A stretch of 64,000 nt of DNA from Patescibacteria group bacterium. GTDB lineage: Bacteria > Patescibacteriota > Minisyncoccia > Phycocordibacterales > PALSA-1337. The stretch's first letter is position 1; each line of letters begins with the position of its first letter. Made by a program: the position numbers and the translations under genes. The DNA is taken from positions 137,806-201,805 of the forward strand of contig JAGWLA010000001.1 in NCBI GenBank assembly GCA_028865095.1. The letters run 5' to 3'. Under the pieces are notes generated by a model. That model was not told the origin of the DNA. It made no database searches and worked only from the letters and a program-made list of their open reading frames with translations. Below are positions 12,957 through 21,871 of the stretch, in pieces.

Positions 12957-14441
12957 ATGATCCCCGACCCGACCAAGCTCACCATACGGGACGCGCATGC
13001 CCAGCTGAAGGAGGGGGCTTTGACGTCCGCCGAGCTCGTCAAAGCCTGCCTCGACCGGATCGCCGAGCGGAACCCGCAGGTCAACGCCTATCTCGAAGTC
13101 TTCTCCGACGCCATGGACCAGGCCGCGGCGGCCGACGCCGCGATCGCCGCTGCCCGGAAAGCGGGGGGCGATTTCAGCCCGCTCCTTGGCATCCCGTGCG
13201 CCATCAAGGACAATATCCTCATCGAAGGGCGCACGGCGAGCGCCGCTTCCAAGATGCTGGAAGGCTATCGGGCGGCGTATGACGCCGTCGCCATCGCCAA
13301 GCTCAAAGCGGCGGGAGCCGTCTTCCTCGGCCGTACCAATATGGACGAATTCGCCATGGGCGGCTCCACCGAGAATTCCGCGTTCGGCCCGACCCGCAAC
13401 CCGCACGACCTCGAGCGGGTCGCCGGCGGGTCGTCGGGCGGATCGGCCGCTGCGGTGGCCATGGACGGGGCGCTCTTCGCCCTCGGCTCGGACACCGGCG
13501 GCTCCATCCGCCAGCCGGCGAGCTTCTGCGGCGTGGTCGGCCTCAAGCCGACGTACGGAGCGGTCTCGCGCTACGGCGTCATCGCCATGGGATCGTCGCT
13601 CGACCAGATCGGCCCTATCGCCAGGACGGTCTCCGACGCGGAGACGGTCTTCGAGGCCATCCGCGGAGACGCCGGGGCCGCCGAAGGGATGCGCGGCGAC
13701 GGGACGGCCTTTCCCGACGGAGCGTATCGGCCGGCGCGCGTCGGCGGCGCCAAGCCGGTCATCGGCGTGCCGCGCCATTTCCTCGGCGGAGACGGGGTCG
13801 ACCCGGCGGTGCTCGCGGCGTTCGACGCCGCCCTGGATTCCTTCCGGGCCAAAGGGTACGAAGTCAAAGACGTCGCCCTCCCGAACGTCTCCTATGCCTT
13901 GCCGGTCTATTACGTCCTCATGCCGGCGGAAGTCTCTTCGAACATGGCCCGCTTCGACGGCATGCGCTTCGGCTTGCACAAGGACGGAGCCGACGGCATC
14001 GGCGACTATTTCGAGAGCCGCAGGGCCGGCCTGGGAAGGGAGGTCATCCGCAGGATCCTCCTCGGCACCTACGTCCTCTCGACAGGCTACCATGACGCCT
14101 ACTACAACCGCGCCGGCGCCGTCCGCCGCATGATCGCCGCCGACTTCGCCGCGGCGTTCGAGACGGTCGACCTCATCGCCACGCCGACCGCCCCGTCGCC
14201 CGCCTTCAAGGTCGGGGAGAAAGCTTCCGACCCGGTGGCCATGTATCTCGAGGACATCTTCACCGTCACCGCCAATCTGACCGGCATGCCAGCCCTTTCC
14301 GTGCCGTGTGGGGACGCTCCCGCCGACCCGTCCCGCGGCCGGCCCGTCCCTCTGCCCGTCGGCATCCAGCTCGCCGCGCGGCACGGCGACGAGCGCGCCT
14401 TGTTCGAGGCGGGCAAGGATCTTCGGGGTGAGGTACAATAG
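12957..14441 (+). CDS. gatA: Asp/Glu-tRNA amidotransferase subunit A
   Basis: IKDNI, TNMDEFAMG, GGSSGGS, GSDTGGSIRQPA amidase signature; start re-placed to ATG 12957. Confidence 0.96.
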   Translation: MIPDPTKLTIRDAHAQLKEGALTSAELVKACLDRIAERNPQVNAYLEVFSDAMDQAAAADAAIAAARKAGGDFSPLLGIPCAIKDNILIEGRTASAASKMLEGYRAAYDAVAIAKLKAAGAVFLGRTNMDEFAMGGSTENSAFGPTRNPHDLERVAGGSSGGSAAAVAMDGALFALGSDTGGSIRQPASFCGVVGLKPTYGAVSRYGVIAMGSSLDQIGPIARTVSDAETVFEAIRGDAGAAEGMRGDGTAFPDGAYRPARVGGAKPVIGVPRHFLGGDGVDPAVLAAFDAALDSFRAKGYEVKDVALPNVSYALPVYYVLMPAEVSSNMARFDGMRFGLHKDGADGIGDYFESRRAGLGREVIRRILLGTYVLSTGYHDAYYNRAGAVRRMIAADFAAAFETVDLIATPTAPSPAFKVGEKASDPVAMYLEDIFTVTANLTGMPALSVPCGDAPADPSRGRPVPLPVGIQLAARHGDERALFEAGKDLRGEVQ

Positions 14442-14473
14442 AGCCGTCGGGCCGCACCGGCCCTTCCCATACC

Positions 14474-15133
14474 GTGGACGACAAGAAGAAGAAAACCGCA
14501 GAAGCAGTAGGAGGGACCGCCGCCATCGCGGCTCTCGCCGTGGTGGTCGCCTCGTGGCATCAGATCGTCGCGTACCTCTCGTCCCTTTCCGCGCCCTTGC
14601 GCGCCCCTCTCGAGAAGCTCGACTGGGCCCATTTCCTGGCGAACGTCGACGCCACCATATACTTCATGATCGGCCTTTCCATCCCGATCTCGCTCTTCTT
14701 CCTCATCGGCATCATCTACTGCGTCGAGCGCCTCAAGGTCATCAGGAAGAAAGAGGCCGAGAAGCACGACGTGAAGGTCGAGCCGGCCTTCGAAGCGGCC
14801 AAAGGCGGGGGGGACCGCGACCTTGCGGCCCATTGGGAAAAAGTCCAGAGCATGCTGGGCTCCCAGAACCCGAATGACTGGAAGCAGGCCATCCTCGAAG
14901 CCGATACCATGCTCGACATGATCCTCGACGGCCTCGGCTATCGCGGCGAATCGATCGGCGAGAAGCTGAAGCGGGCCGAGCCGGGGGAGTTCAAGGCGGT
15001 CCAGGACGCGTGGGACGCCCATAAGGTCAGGAACCAGATCGCCCACGAGGCGGGCTTCCAGCTCACCCATCACGAAGCTAACGAGACCATCCAGCGCTAT
15101 CGGAGGGTCTTCGAGGAGTTCTACTATATCTGA
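14474..15133 (+). CDS. Membrane-anchored protein with HEPN/DUF4145-like C-terminal domain
   Basis: Two N-terminal hydrophobic segments; AILEAD..LD; RNQIAH (Rx4H). Confidence 0.6.
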   Translation: MDDKKKKTAEAVGGTAAIAALAVVVASWHQIVAYLSSLSAPLRAPLEKLDWAHFLANVDATIYFMIGLSIPISLFFLIGIIYCVERLKVIRKKEAEKHDVKVEPAFEAAKGGGDRDLAAHWEKVQSMLGSQNPNDWKQAILEADTMLDMILDGLGYRGESIGEKLKRAEPGEFKAVQDAWDAHKVRNQIAHEAGFQLTHHEANETIQRYRRVFEEFYYI

Positions 15134-15166
15134 CGCGCCCGGCGCGCGCCGGTCCGGCCATGCATG

Positions 15167-15194
15167 AAAAAGCCGCGACAGCTCGTGTCGCGGC
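15167..15194 (-). terminator. Intrinsic terminator
   Basis: GCCGCGACA/TGTCGCGGC 9-bp stem with A5 tract on + (U tract on -). Confidence 0.7.
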
Positions 15195-15219
15195 GGGTCC
15201 TTTCGTGAGGGCCGCAGGC

Positions 15220-15834
15220 CTATATCGATTCCCAGGCCATGATCTTGGCGCCGTCGTTGGATAGCCGGAGGCGGATGCCTTCGCACTCGCCGAACGCCAT
15301 ATCGACGAAGTTCGGCTGCCCGCAGAAGGCTGCGCCGAGCGCCGGCACCAGCGGCCCGTGGCCGACGATGAGGGCATCCGTCCATTCCCGGCTTTGTAGG
15401 GCTCCGGCGATCGCCGCGTGCGCCTCGCGGGCGATGCCCATGATGGCGTCTTCGCCTCCATGAGCGAAATACTCGCGAAGCGGGACGTAGCCCAGCTCAT
15501 CGAGCAAGCGCTCCATCATCTGCACCCGCGGATCTTCATCGGGAGGATAGAGAGACGATACGACGATCGTCTCGTCGGCGCTGTCGGGCTCCGCCACGAT
15601 GGCGGCGGTCTCTCGTCCCCGCGAAAGAGGGGAGTGGAAGATGAAGTCGTAGGACACGTCCCCGAGCTTCCGACGGCGCTCTTCCGCCTGTCGGCGCCCG
15701 GCGACCGTCAACGGGTGGATCCGATGATTCGGGAAATCGCTGGCCGCCTGGGCCGAGCGCACGATGACTACCGTCTTGATCCGGACGCTCGGGCGCCCAG
15801 GGCGCTGGTCTTTGATATCTGCATGAAGGCTCAT
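15220..15834 (-). CDS. Histidine phosphatase (PGM) superfamily protein, degenerate active site
   Basis: VIVRSAQ (RHG position), SPLSRGRETA, LIVGHG; SD GAAAGGAGG before ATG 15834. Confidence 0.7.
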   Translation of the reverse strand: MSLHADIKDQRPGRPSVRIKTVVIVRSAQAASDFPNHRIHPLTVAGRRQAEERRRKLGDVSYDFIFHSPLSRGRETAAIVAEPDSADETIVVSSLYPPDEDPRVQMMERLLDELGYVPLREYFAHGGEDAIMGIAREAHAAIAGALQSREWTDALIVGHGPLVPALGAAFCGQPNFVDMAFGECEGIRLRLSNDGAKIMAWESI

Positions 15835-16027
15835 GGGCCCTCCTTTCATAGGGTTAAGGGTTTGATTTGAACAGACAAAGGCGATGCCAATGTGCCGCCT
15901 TCTATTTTTTAGCACGCTTACGGAATAAGTCAAGGAATGAGCGGCCCCGCCGGCGCATACCTCTCTGCGGCCGGAAGAGATATACTGTATCCGTGACATT
16001 ATCAGCATTCATCGAATATTCACGAAC

Positions 16028-16531
16028 ATGAAAAGCGCGGAGAAGATGCCCGGTGTCCGGCTCGAAGAAGAGAACGTCCTTGCGGCGGAAGCCGTCGCAG
16101 GGACGGAGGCGGAAAAAGCGCCGGAGGTCCCGGCCGTCCCCGAAGCGATGCCTTCCGAGCTCGAAGGGCCGCATGAGAAGCCCGAAGAAGCTGCCGAGGC
16201 GCCCAAGGAGGCCGTCGATCGGCAGGAGGGAGAGCGATCGCCGGAAGACGAGCAGCGCATAGCGCAGCTGCGGTCGGAATTAGCCGAAGGCGCCGAACGG
16301 TATGAGCAGGCGCAGAGAGCCAAGACGGTAGAATCGGTGTCGTCGCATTCGACGGAGAGGAAATATGTCAGGTGCGAAGCGTGCGGCGGCACGGGAAGGA
16401 AGTGGTTCTTCTTCCGCTGCGGCGTCTGCGGCGGAGGAGGGAGGGTCGTAGAGAGCGAGAAGACGACGCAGTCCGGCTCCGTCAAGCATGCGGTCTCCGG
16501 CGCCGAGGGATCGTCCGAGAAGAGCGGCTGA
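16028..16531 (+). CDS. Hypothetical acidic protein with DnaJ-type zinc finger
   Basis: CEACGGTG and CGVCGGGG (CxxCxGxG twice); Glu/Ala-rich N-terminus. Confidence 0.65.
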   Translation: MKSAEKMPGVRLEEENVLAAEAVAGTEAEKAPEVPAVPEAMPSELEGPHEKPEEAAEAPKEAVDRQEGERSPEDEQRIAQLRSELAEGAERYEQAQRAKTVESVSSHSTERKYVRCEACGGTGRKWFFFRCGVCGGGGRVVESEKTTQSGSVKHAVSGAEGSSEKSG

Positions 16532-16575
16532 TCCGCAAAAAAGCCGCCCGTTCCTGCGGCCGGCCTAGGAAAACC

Positions 16576-17037
16576 TCATGGGCGGTCATCATCGAGCGCG
16601 TCCCAGCACGCTTCGACGGTCCTGATGACGTCGAAACCGGTGAGCTCGGGCGGGAGATATATGATCATGACGCCCTGGTGCTTCTTCCTCGATCGCTTGC
16701 GCGACAGCTTCGACATCGTGATGCCGAAAGAATATGATCGCAGCCCCGAAGCGGTCTGCCGGGTCACTGTGAAGTCTTTTCCTTCATGATCCTCCTTCGA
16801 GAACGGGACGTGCCGGGTGAATCCTGCTATGAGGCCTCTCGAACGCATATATTCGAGTATCCTCTGGAAGTGGCGCTCAAGGCGCCTGCCTCCCCGCCCG
16901 TCATGATTGACTGTGCCACGCGCTGCAGATACTTCCCACCATTCTCTCGGCCCCCTGTCGTTCCGTCTGCTCTCGGAAGGGCTGGGGCCGGTGATGGAGA
17001 TCACGGTCTGATATAGAAAAGAATCGTCATCGCTCAT
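16576..17037 (-). CDS. Hypothetical protein, possible PD-(D/E)xK-like fold
   Basis: ORF with SD (GAGG) and downstream hairpin; LE..F..EDHEGKDF..FGIT pattern only suggestive. Confidence 0.45.
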   Translation of the reverse strand: MSDDDSFLYQTVISITGPSPSESRRNDRGPREWWEVSAARGTVNHDGRGGRRLERHFQRILEYMRSRGLIAGFTRHVPFSKEDHEGKDFTVTRQTASGLRSYSFGITMSKLSRKRSRKKHQGVMIIYLPPELTGFDVIRTVEACWDALDDDRP

Positions 17038-17104
17038 TATCCACCTCTTCCGGCAGTATATGGCGTCAGGCAGGGGAGGGCAAGACAGGTGGTATAATTC
17101 CTCC

Positions 17105-18076
17105 ATGATCAAATGGAATGAGGTGACGTGGTATTCGATGGTCCTGGCCGTCGTTCTTGCTGTTGCCACTCTTTGTCTCGGGACATATATCGGCATCTCT
17201 TACAAGGAAACATATCCAGGGTCGGCAGGCATCTCTTATCTGCCGGATTTCCCTGCTTTCCTGTCAAAGGTCCCGATATCAGGCTGGAAGACGTATACAA
17301 GCGCATCGGGGTATGAGATCCTGTATCCCGCTGATATGTGGACCTATATCGTCTGTGCCGGCGGCGCGCAGACCGAGTTCTATGATTCATCGGGCTATGT
17401 ACCGTCATGCGACGAGCCGCATACGATCGCCGAGCTGACCATTTCCGGTCCGAGCAATGTCACGGAGCCGTCCGGAGGAAGCAGGGCCAGGCTCGCCGAG
17501 GGCTTTACATTAGACGGCCTTCCGGCGGTCAGGTATAGCGATCTTCCGACTGGGCAGTCTGGGGATGATCTTGTCACGATGGTGGAGGTCTCCAAAGGGG
17601 GAAGACGCTTCGACATCAGTTTCGATACGATGACGGGCGAAAAAGCGATGACCACTTTCCACTTTATCTCCTCGACAGCCTCTGGGGCAGGCCAGCCGTC
17701 ATCTAGCTCGCCTGATATATCTGCGTGGCGGCTGTTTGAAGGCCCGCAACAAAACGGGTTCCGTATGCGCATGCCTCCCGGGTGGGTCCAAGCTGTCGCA
17801 GCCCCGGCCGGCGGCCCGTGGTATTTTATGAGCACGTCATCCCCGCTCGTCCATGGCATAGGCCTTCCTGCGACGGGGAGCTGGATAGAAATAGCAAGAG
17901 GAATATGCAATGATCACGCGACGAGCTTCGTCGAGAAACACAGCCCCGATGTTTTTGAGGAGACCCTATGCCGGAATGGCTTCCAGATCGCTCTCGGCGT
18001 ATGGGCCAACGATCCGCAACGGCTAGCCGACGAGCAGCTCTTGGAAGATATCGCAGCCACGTTTCAGCCTCTATGA
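17105..18076 (+). CDS. Membrane-anchored extracellular protein with PsbP-like repeats
   Basis: N-terminal TM; WKTY..GYEILYPADM and WRLF..GFRMRMPPGW; IAATF end. Confidence 0.6.
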   Translation: MIKWNEVTWYSMVLAVVLAVATLCLGTYIGISYKETYPGSAGISYLPDFPAFLSKVPISGWKTYTSASGYEILYPADMWTYIVCAGGAQTEFYDSSGYVPSCDEPHTIAELTISGPSNVTEPSGGSRARLAEGFTLDGLPAVRYSDLPTGQSGDDLVTMVEVSKGGRRFDISFDTMTGEKAMTTFHFISSTASGAGQPSSSSPDISAWRLFEGPQQNGFRMRMPPGWVQAVAAPAGGPWYFMSTSSPLVHGIGLPATGSWIEIARGICNDHATSFVEKHSPDVFEETLCRNGFQIALGVWANDPQRLADEQLLEDIAATFQPL

Positions 18077-18188
18077 TGTGGCGGAGATTCATGTTGCACA
18101 GGTGAGACGGGATTGGCACCAGATAATTATGGAAATTCTGATTTTGTATGAACTAGCCAAGGATGTATAACGCGGTATAATTATCCGC

Positions 18189-20027
18189 ATGGAGATATTC
18201 TCTGTTCAGTCCACGCCCCCTTCGTTCCTGCCGGTCTCTGATATTCAACCAAATCCGACTACAAATAAGTCTGCAAGATTGATCAACATCTTTAGATTTT
18301 TGCTCATCCTATCCTTGATAGGCTGGGGGTTCTTCGTCTTTGAAAATATATTCGGATTGGCGATCTTAACCACACAAGGTACAACTGGTCTAGTGTATTG
18401 GGCAGCTACATGGAATCCATATCTTACTAAACTAGTCATCTCTTTCTCCGTTTTGACTCTGGTGATTCTTTTAATGAATCTCGTTTTTTGGAAAAAGATT
18501 GTTGCTCCAAAGCTCTCGCTTCTTGTCTGGTTAAACCCATTGTTAATAGTCATTGGCGCTTATATCATTGGCACACAATATCCTTCACTTGCTACAAATC
18601 CTTCCACATATCTTGTATTTGATATATTTCAAGCCTGTGTGGCTGTAGTCTCAATCTTATTTCAGTCTTTTATCTATTACAGATTTGAAAGAGCCCGTGC
18701 AGGTATATTTGGTGGCAGTACAACATTCTCTAAAGTGTTTATCTCAACACTCCTAATTTTAACCGCCTGTGTCAGCGCATGGTCATATATCTACGCCCAA
18801 TCATTGAAATCTACAAGCTCAAGCGGATTGACTGGTATATCTACAGCACTGATTGATATATCAACCTGGCAGTCATATTCAAATACAGAATTAGGTTATA
18901 GCATTAAATATCCTCCGCTCAATGATTCTTATACACAGAACCAACCGACAGAGGTCCTAATATACGGAGATCCTCAAGAGGTCGGTTTTCCATATACGCT
19001 TCCTAATGCTAGTGGAGATATTGCTCTGGATAAATACAATCCAAGTGACTGCAAGCAGATATATTCAAAAGTGAATCCTTCTATGAAAACGATCTCGATA
19101 GGGCCAACATCGTATTACTATAGCGATACAGGTCCCGAAGGTGCAATAACAGTTGGAGGATTCCTGTTCGAAGCTGGTTATTTGACTGCACAGAACAGCT
19201 TCTCTGATGGCAGTTGCCTGTTATTGAAATTGACAGCTGGAACCCAGGCTTCGTCGTCAACTCTAGGAGTCATGACAAAGCAACAGATGCAATCACAGAT
19301 CGATATTGCATATGCAATGCTCAGTAGCCTATCGCTGTCGCCGACAACGACAACAGCGATAATCAAGCCTCTCGGTGATTATGCTACCTCGGCCAATATC
19401 GTTCCCATAGGAGCCAATCGTATATACCGTGATACCCATTCATATGTAGGCGTATGTGCCAATTCGGCGGGTCTTTTCAAGACTGTCACCGATCAAACGC
19501 CAGTATGTCGTGACAGTACGAACGCATATATAGATTATGTCTTTATAAGCAATTCCTACGGCTATATCTGCGTGGATACATCCGGGACATCCGTGCTCAT
19601 AAAACAAGCTCCGACGGGGTTCTCGTGCAATCTCGTAAAGACTGCCGTACCGGAGGCTGCTAATTCGAGCGTTTCAGTCCCAAGTAATTCACCGGCTCTA
19701 AGTGTAGACCAAATATCGGCGTGGCAAGGTCAACTCGACTGCGGAAGTCAGACCTACCCTGATTCTCAGACAGCCTCAAATGCATTGGCCAATTCCGTTT
19801 GCTTTGATACAAGATTTAAGATGTGCAAACCGGCAACTATTACCGGTATCGTAGGAGACAAGATAAGCACCAATGCAGTGATTGGCCCGCAAGGGAATCA
19901 ATGCGAAGTCACTCTTGACTTCTCGGGTCCTTCAGGGAGCGCCGGTTGGACATGCCTCTTCGACCCGACGCAACCATTTTCCACTTCAAACGATTCGGTA
20001 GGAAAATACTGTAAACCAAGTAATTAG
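18189..20027 (+). CDS. Multi-TM protein with large Cys-containing extracellular region (PsbP-like plus pilin-like segment)
   Basis: About 5 TM segments, WQSYSN..GYSIKYP, YICVDTSG; visibly AT-richer than flanks. Confidence 0.65.
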   Translation: MEIFSVQSTPPSFLPVSDIQPNPTTNKSARLINIFRFLLILSLIGWGFFVFENIFGLAILTTQGTTGLVYWAATWNPYLTKLVISFSVLTLVILLMNLVFWKKIVAPKLSLLVWLNPLLIVIGAYIIGTQYPSLATNPSTYLVFDIFQACVAVVSILFQSFIYYRFERARAGIFGGSTTFSKVFISTLLILTACVSAWSYIYAQSLKSTSSSGLTGISTALIDISTWQSYSNTELGYSIKYPPLNDSYTQNQPTEVLIYGDPQEVGFPYTLPNASGDIALDKYNPSDCKQIYSKVNPSMKTISIGPTSYYYSDTGPEGAITVGGFLFEAGYLTAQNSFSDGSCLLLKLTAGTQASSSTLGVMTKQQMQSQIDIAYAMLSSLSLSPTTTTAIIKPLGDYATSANIVPIGANRIYRDTHSYVGVCANSAGLFKTVTDQTPVCRDSTNAYIDYVFISNSYGYICVDTSGTSVLIKQAPTGFSCNLVKTAVPEAANSSVSVPSNSPALSVDQISAWQGQLDCGSQTYPDSQTASNALANSVCFDTRFKMCKPATITGIVGDKISTNAVIGPQGNQCEVTLDFSGPSGSAGWTCLFDPTQPFSTSNDSVGKYCKPSN

Positions 20028-20190
20028 TTATTTCTCATATGATGATTTGTGTTTCGAGCCTCCGCTCTTACATCGTACGGGATTCGTACCATGAAAATGA
20101 ACGGTGCCAGGTCTAACCTGCGGTCATGTGTTTTTCGCCTCTTACGCAGAAAACGGCGGCTCTAAAACTATGGTTCCAAAACGGTCAGGC

Positions 20191-20265
20191 TGGTTGCGGG
20201 GGCCGGAATCGAACCGGCAATTTTCAGGTTATGAGCCTGACGGGTTACCGTTACCCTACCCCGCG
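20191..20265 (-). tRNA. tRNA-fMet (initiator, CAT)
   Basis: Reverse complement CGCGGGG..TCAGG-CTCATAA-CCTGA..GGTTCGATTCC..CCCCGCAACCA; C1:A72 mismatch. Confidence 0.92.
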
Positions 20266-20338
20266 ATGGTGTCTCCCCATTTTGCCATATTGGAACCCAT
20301 TGTGCAAGCTCTGCTTTTATGCGATATTACCTCGTGAC

Positions 20339-20412
20339 GCCGGTGTAGCTCAGGCAGTTAGAGCGAGGGACTCATAAGCCCTAGGTCGCAGGTGCAAGTC
20401 CTGCCGCCGGCA
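20339..20412 (+). tRNA. tRNA with CAT anticodon (elongator Met or Ile2)
   Basis: GCCGGTG/CGCCGGC acceptor, loop CTCATAA; T-loop TGCAAGT; no encoded CCA. Confidence 0.85.
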
Positions 20413-20461
20413 CACTTTGTTTTTCGCCGGATTTCTGGTACATTGATGTCCGTGCCTGTTT

Positions 20462-20535
20462 GCGCCCGTAGTTCAGCTGGCTAGAACGCTCCCCTGTCAC
20501 GGGAGAGGTCGTGGGTTCGAGTCCCATCGGGCGCG
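20462..20535 (+). tRNA. tRNA-Asp (GTC)
   Basis: GCGCCCG/CGGGCGC acceptor; CTCCC-CTGTCAC-GGGAG; GGTTCGAGTCC. Confidence 0.95.
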
Positions 20536-20551
20536 CCGTTCGTTGCAATAT

Positions 20552-20624
20552 GCCGATGTAGCTCAGCTGGTAGAGCATTCCCATGGTAAGGGAAAGGTCC
20601 CCGGTTCAATCCCGGGCATCGGCT
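20552..20624 (+). tRNA. tRNA-Thr (GGT)
   Basis: GCCGATG/CATCGGC; TTCCC-ATGGTAA-GGGAA; GGTTCAATCCC. Confidence 0.95.
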
Positions 20625-20655
20625 CCGTATCGTCGCAGCCGCGGGAGCGGCGCAT

Positions 20656-20728
20656 GCCACCTTAGCTCAGTTGGTAGAGCATCCCCTTCGTAAGGGGAGG
20701 GTCCCCGGTTCAAGCCCGGGAGGTGGCT
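20656..20728 (+). tRNA. tRNA-Thr (CGT)
   Basis: GCCACCT/AGGTGGC; TCCCC-TTCGTAA-GGGGA; GGTTCAAGCCC. Confidence 0.95.
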
Positions 20729-20742
20729 CAAGGGAAGGGGGA

Positions 20743-20826
20743 AAGCATGAAGTATTAAGTATTAAGTATGAAGTATAAAGTATGAAGTATAAAGTATGAA
20801 GTATGGAGTATGAGGTATAAAGCATG
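20743..20826 (+). repeat. Heptamer tandem repeat, 12 copies of consensus AAGTAT(G/A/T)
   Basis: aagcatg aagtatt aagtatt aagtatg aagtata aagtatg aagtata aagtatg aagtatg gagtatg aggtata aagcatg; last unit contains the prfB ATG. Confidence 0.92.
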
Positions 20827-21735
20827 ATGCCGACGGACAAAACTGACATACAGAAGAAGATCGCCGAGCTCGAAGCCGCCATGGGCGCCGCCGATTTTTG
20901 GTCGGACAAAGCCCGCGCCCAAGCGTCCATCAGGGAGCTCCAGGAGCTCAAAGCCGCCCTCGAAGGGGTCGGCAAATACGACAAGGGCGACGCCATCCTC
21001 TCTATCCTCTCGGGCGCCGGAGGCGACGATGCCGAGGACTTCTCGGCCATGCTGCTCAAGATGTACCGGAAATACTGCGAAGGGAAGGGGTGGGGATGGG
21101 ACGTCGTCCATTCCAACGAGAACGACCACGGCGGCTATCGCAACGTGACCGTCGAAGTGTCGGGGAAGGGCGGCGGGCCCGGCGGCCTCGGCCCGTACGG
21201 CACCCTCAAGAACGAGTCGGGCGTCCACCGCCTCGTCCGCATATCGCCGTTCAATTCCAACCAGAAGCGCCAGACCTCGTTCTCCATGGTCGAGGTCATC
21301 CCGAGGTTCGAGACCGCGTCCGAGAAGGACATCGTCATACCCGATTCCGACATCGAAGTCTCGATCGCCAAATCGGGCGGCCCCGGCGGCCAGAACGTCA
21401 ACAAGCGCATGACCGCCGTGCGCCTCCTCCATACGCCGACCGGCATATCCGTGCACGTGACCTCCGAGCGCTCGCTGGAGCAGAACCGCCAGAAAGCCTT
21501 CGACATCATCCGGGCCAAGCTCTGGAAGCACCAGGAAGACGAGCGCAAGGCCAAGGAGAAGGGCATGCAGATATCCTCCACCACCTCCATCGAATGGGGC
21601 AACCAGATCCGCTCGTATGTCCTCCATCCGTATAAGATGGTCAAAGACCACCGCACCGACGTCGAGAGTTCCCAGCCCGACAAGGTCCTCGAAGGCGAGC
21701 TGGACGAGTTCATCGAGGCCGAGAAAGCCCTCTAA
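20824..21735 (+). CDS. prfB: Peptide chain release factor 2
   Basis: [11 protein letters not shown] (SPF tripeptide), [22 protein letters not shown]. Confidence 0.95.
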   Translation: MMPTDKTDIQKKIAELEAAMGAADFWSDKARAQASIRELQELKAALEGVGKYDKGDAILSILSGAGGDDAEDFSAMLLKMYRKYCEGKGWGWDVVHSNENDHGGYRNVTVEVSGKGGGPGGLGPYGTLKNESGVHRLVRISPFNSNQKRQTSFSMVEVIPRFETASEKDIVIPDSDIEVSIAKSGGPGGQNVNKRMTAVRLLHTPTGISVHVTSERSLEQNRQKAFDIIRAKLWKHQEDERKAKEKGMQISSTTSIEWGNQIRSYVLHPYKMVKDHRTDVESSQPDKVLEGELDEFIEAEKAL

Positions 21736-21856
21736 GCGCAGCAGGGATATGGCCTGAGGGACACTTCGCAGGAATTTGCCAGCAGGAAAATTCCGAGACG
21801 TAGCGCGAGCCCAGCAGGGCTCGGCGCGCGTCCCTCAGGGCATATCACTGCTGTGC
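21736..21856. repeat. 121-bp Y-shaped palindromic element (REP/MITE-like or structured RNA)
   Basis: 27-bp imperfect terminal inverted repeat enclosing two hairpins, both capped CC-AGCA-GG. Confidence 0.7.
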
Positions 21857-21871
21857 TATAATGGGATTCAC

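Noticed and set aside
20743-20826. Possible CRISPR array
   Set aside because: 7-bp tandem units without spacers; no cas genes in the window
20667-21116. Minus-strand ORF with YFILHT-like repeats
   Set aside because: Translation artefact of the heptamer array; overlaps tRNA-Thr and prfB
21736-21856. SRP RNA or 6S RNA
   Set aside because: No SRP helix-8 motif on either strand; branched shape and length do not fit 6S
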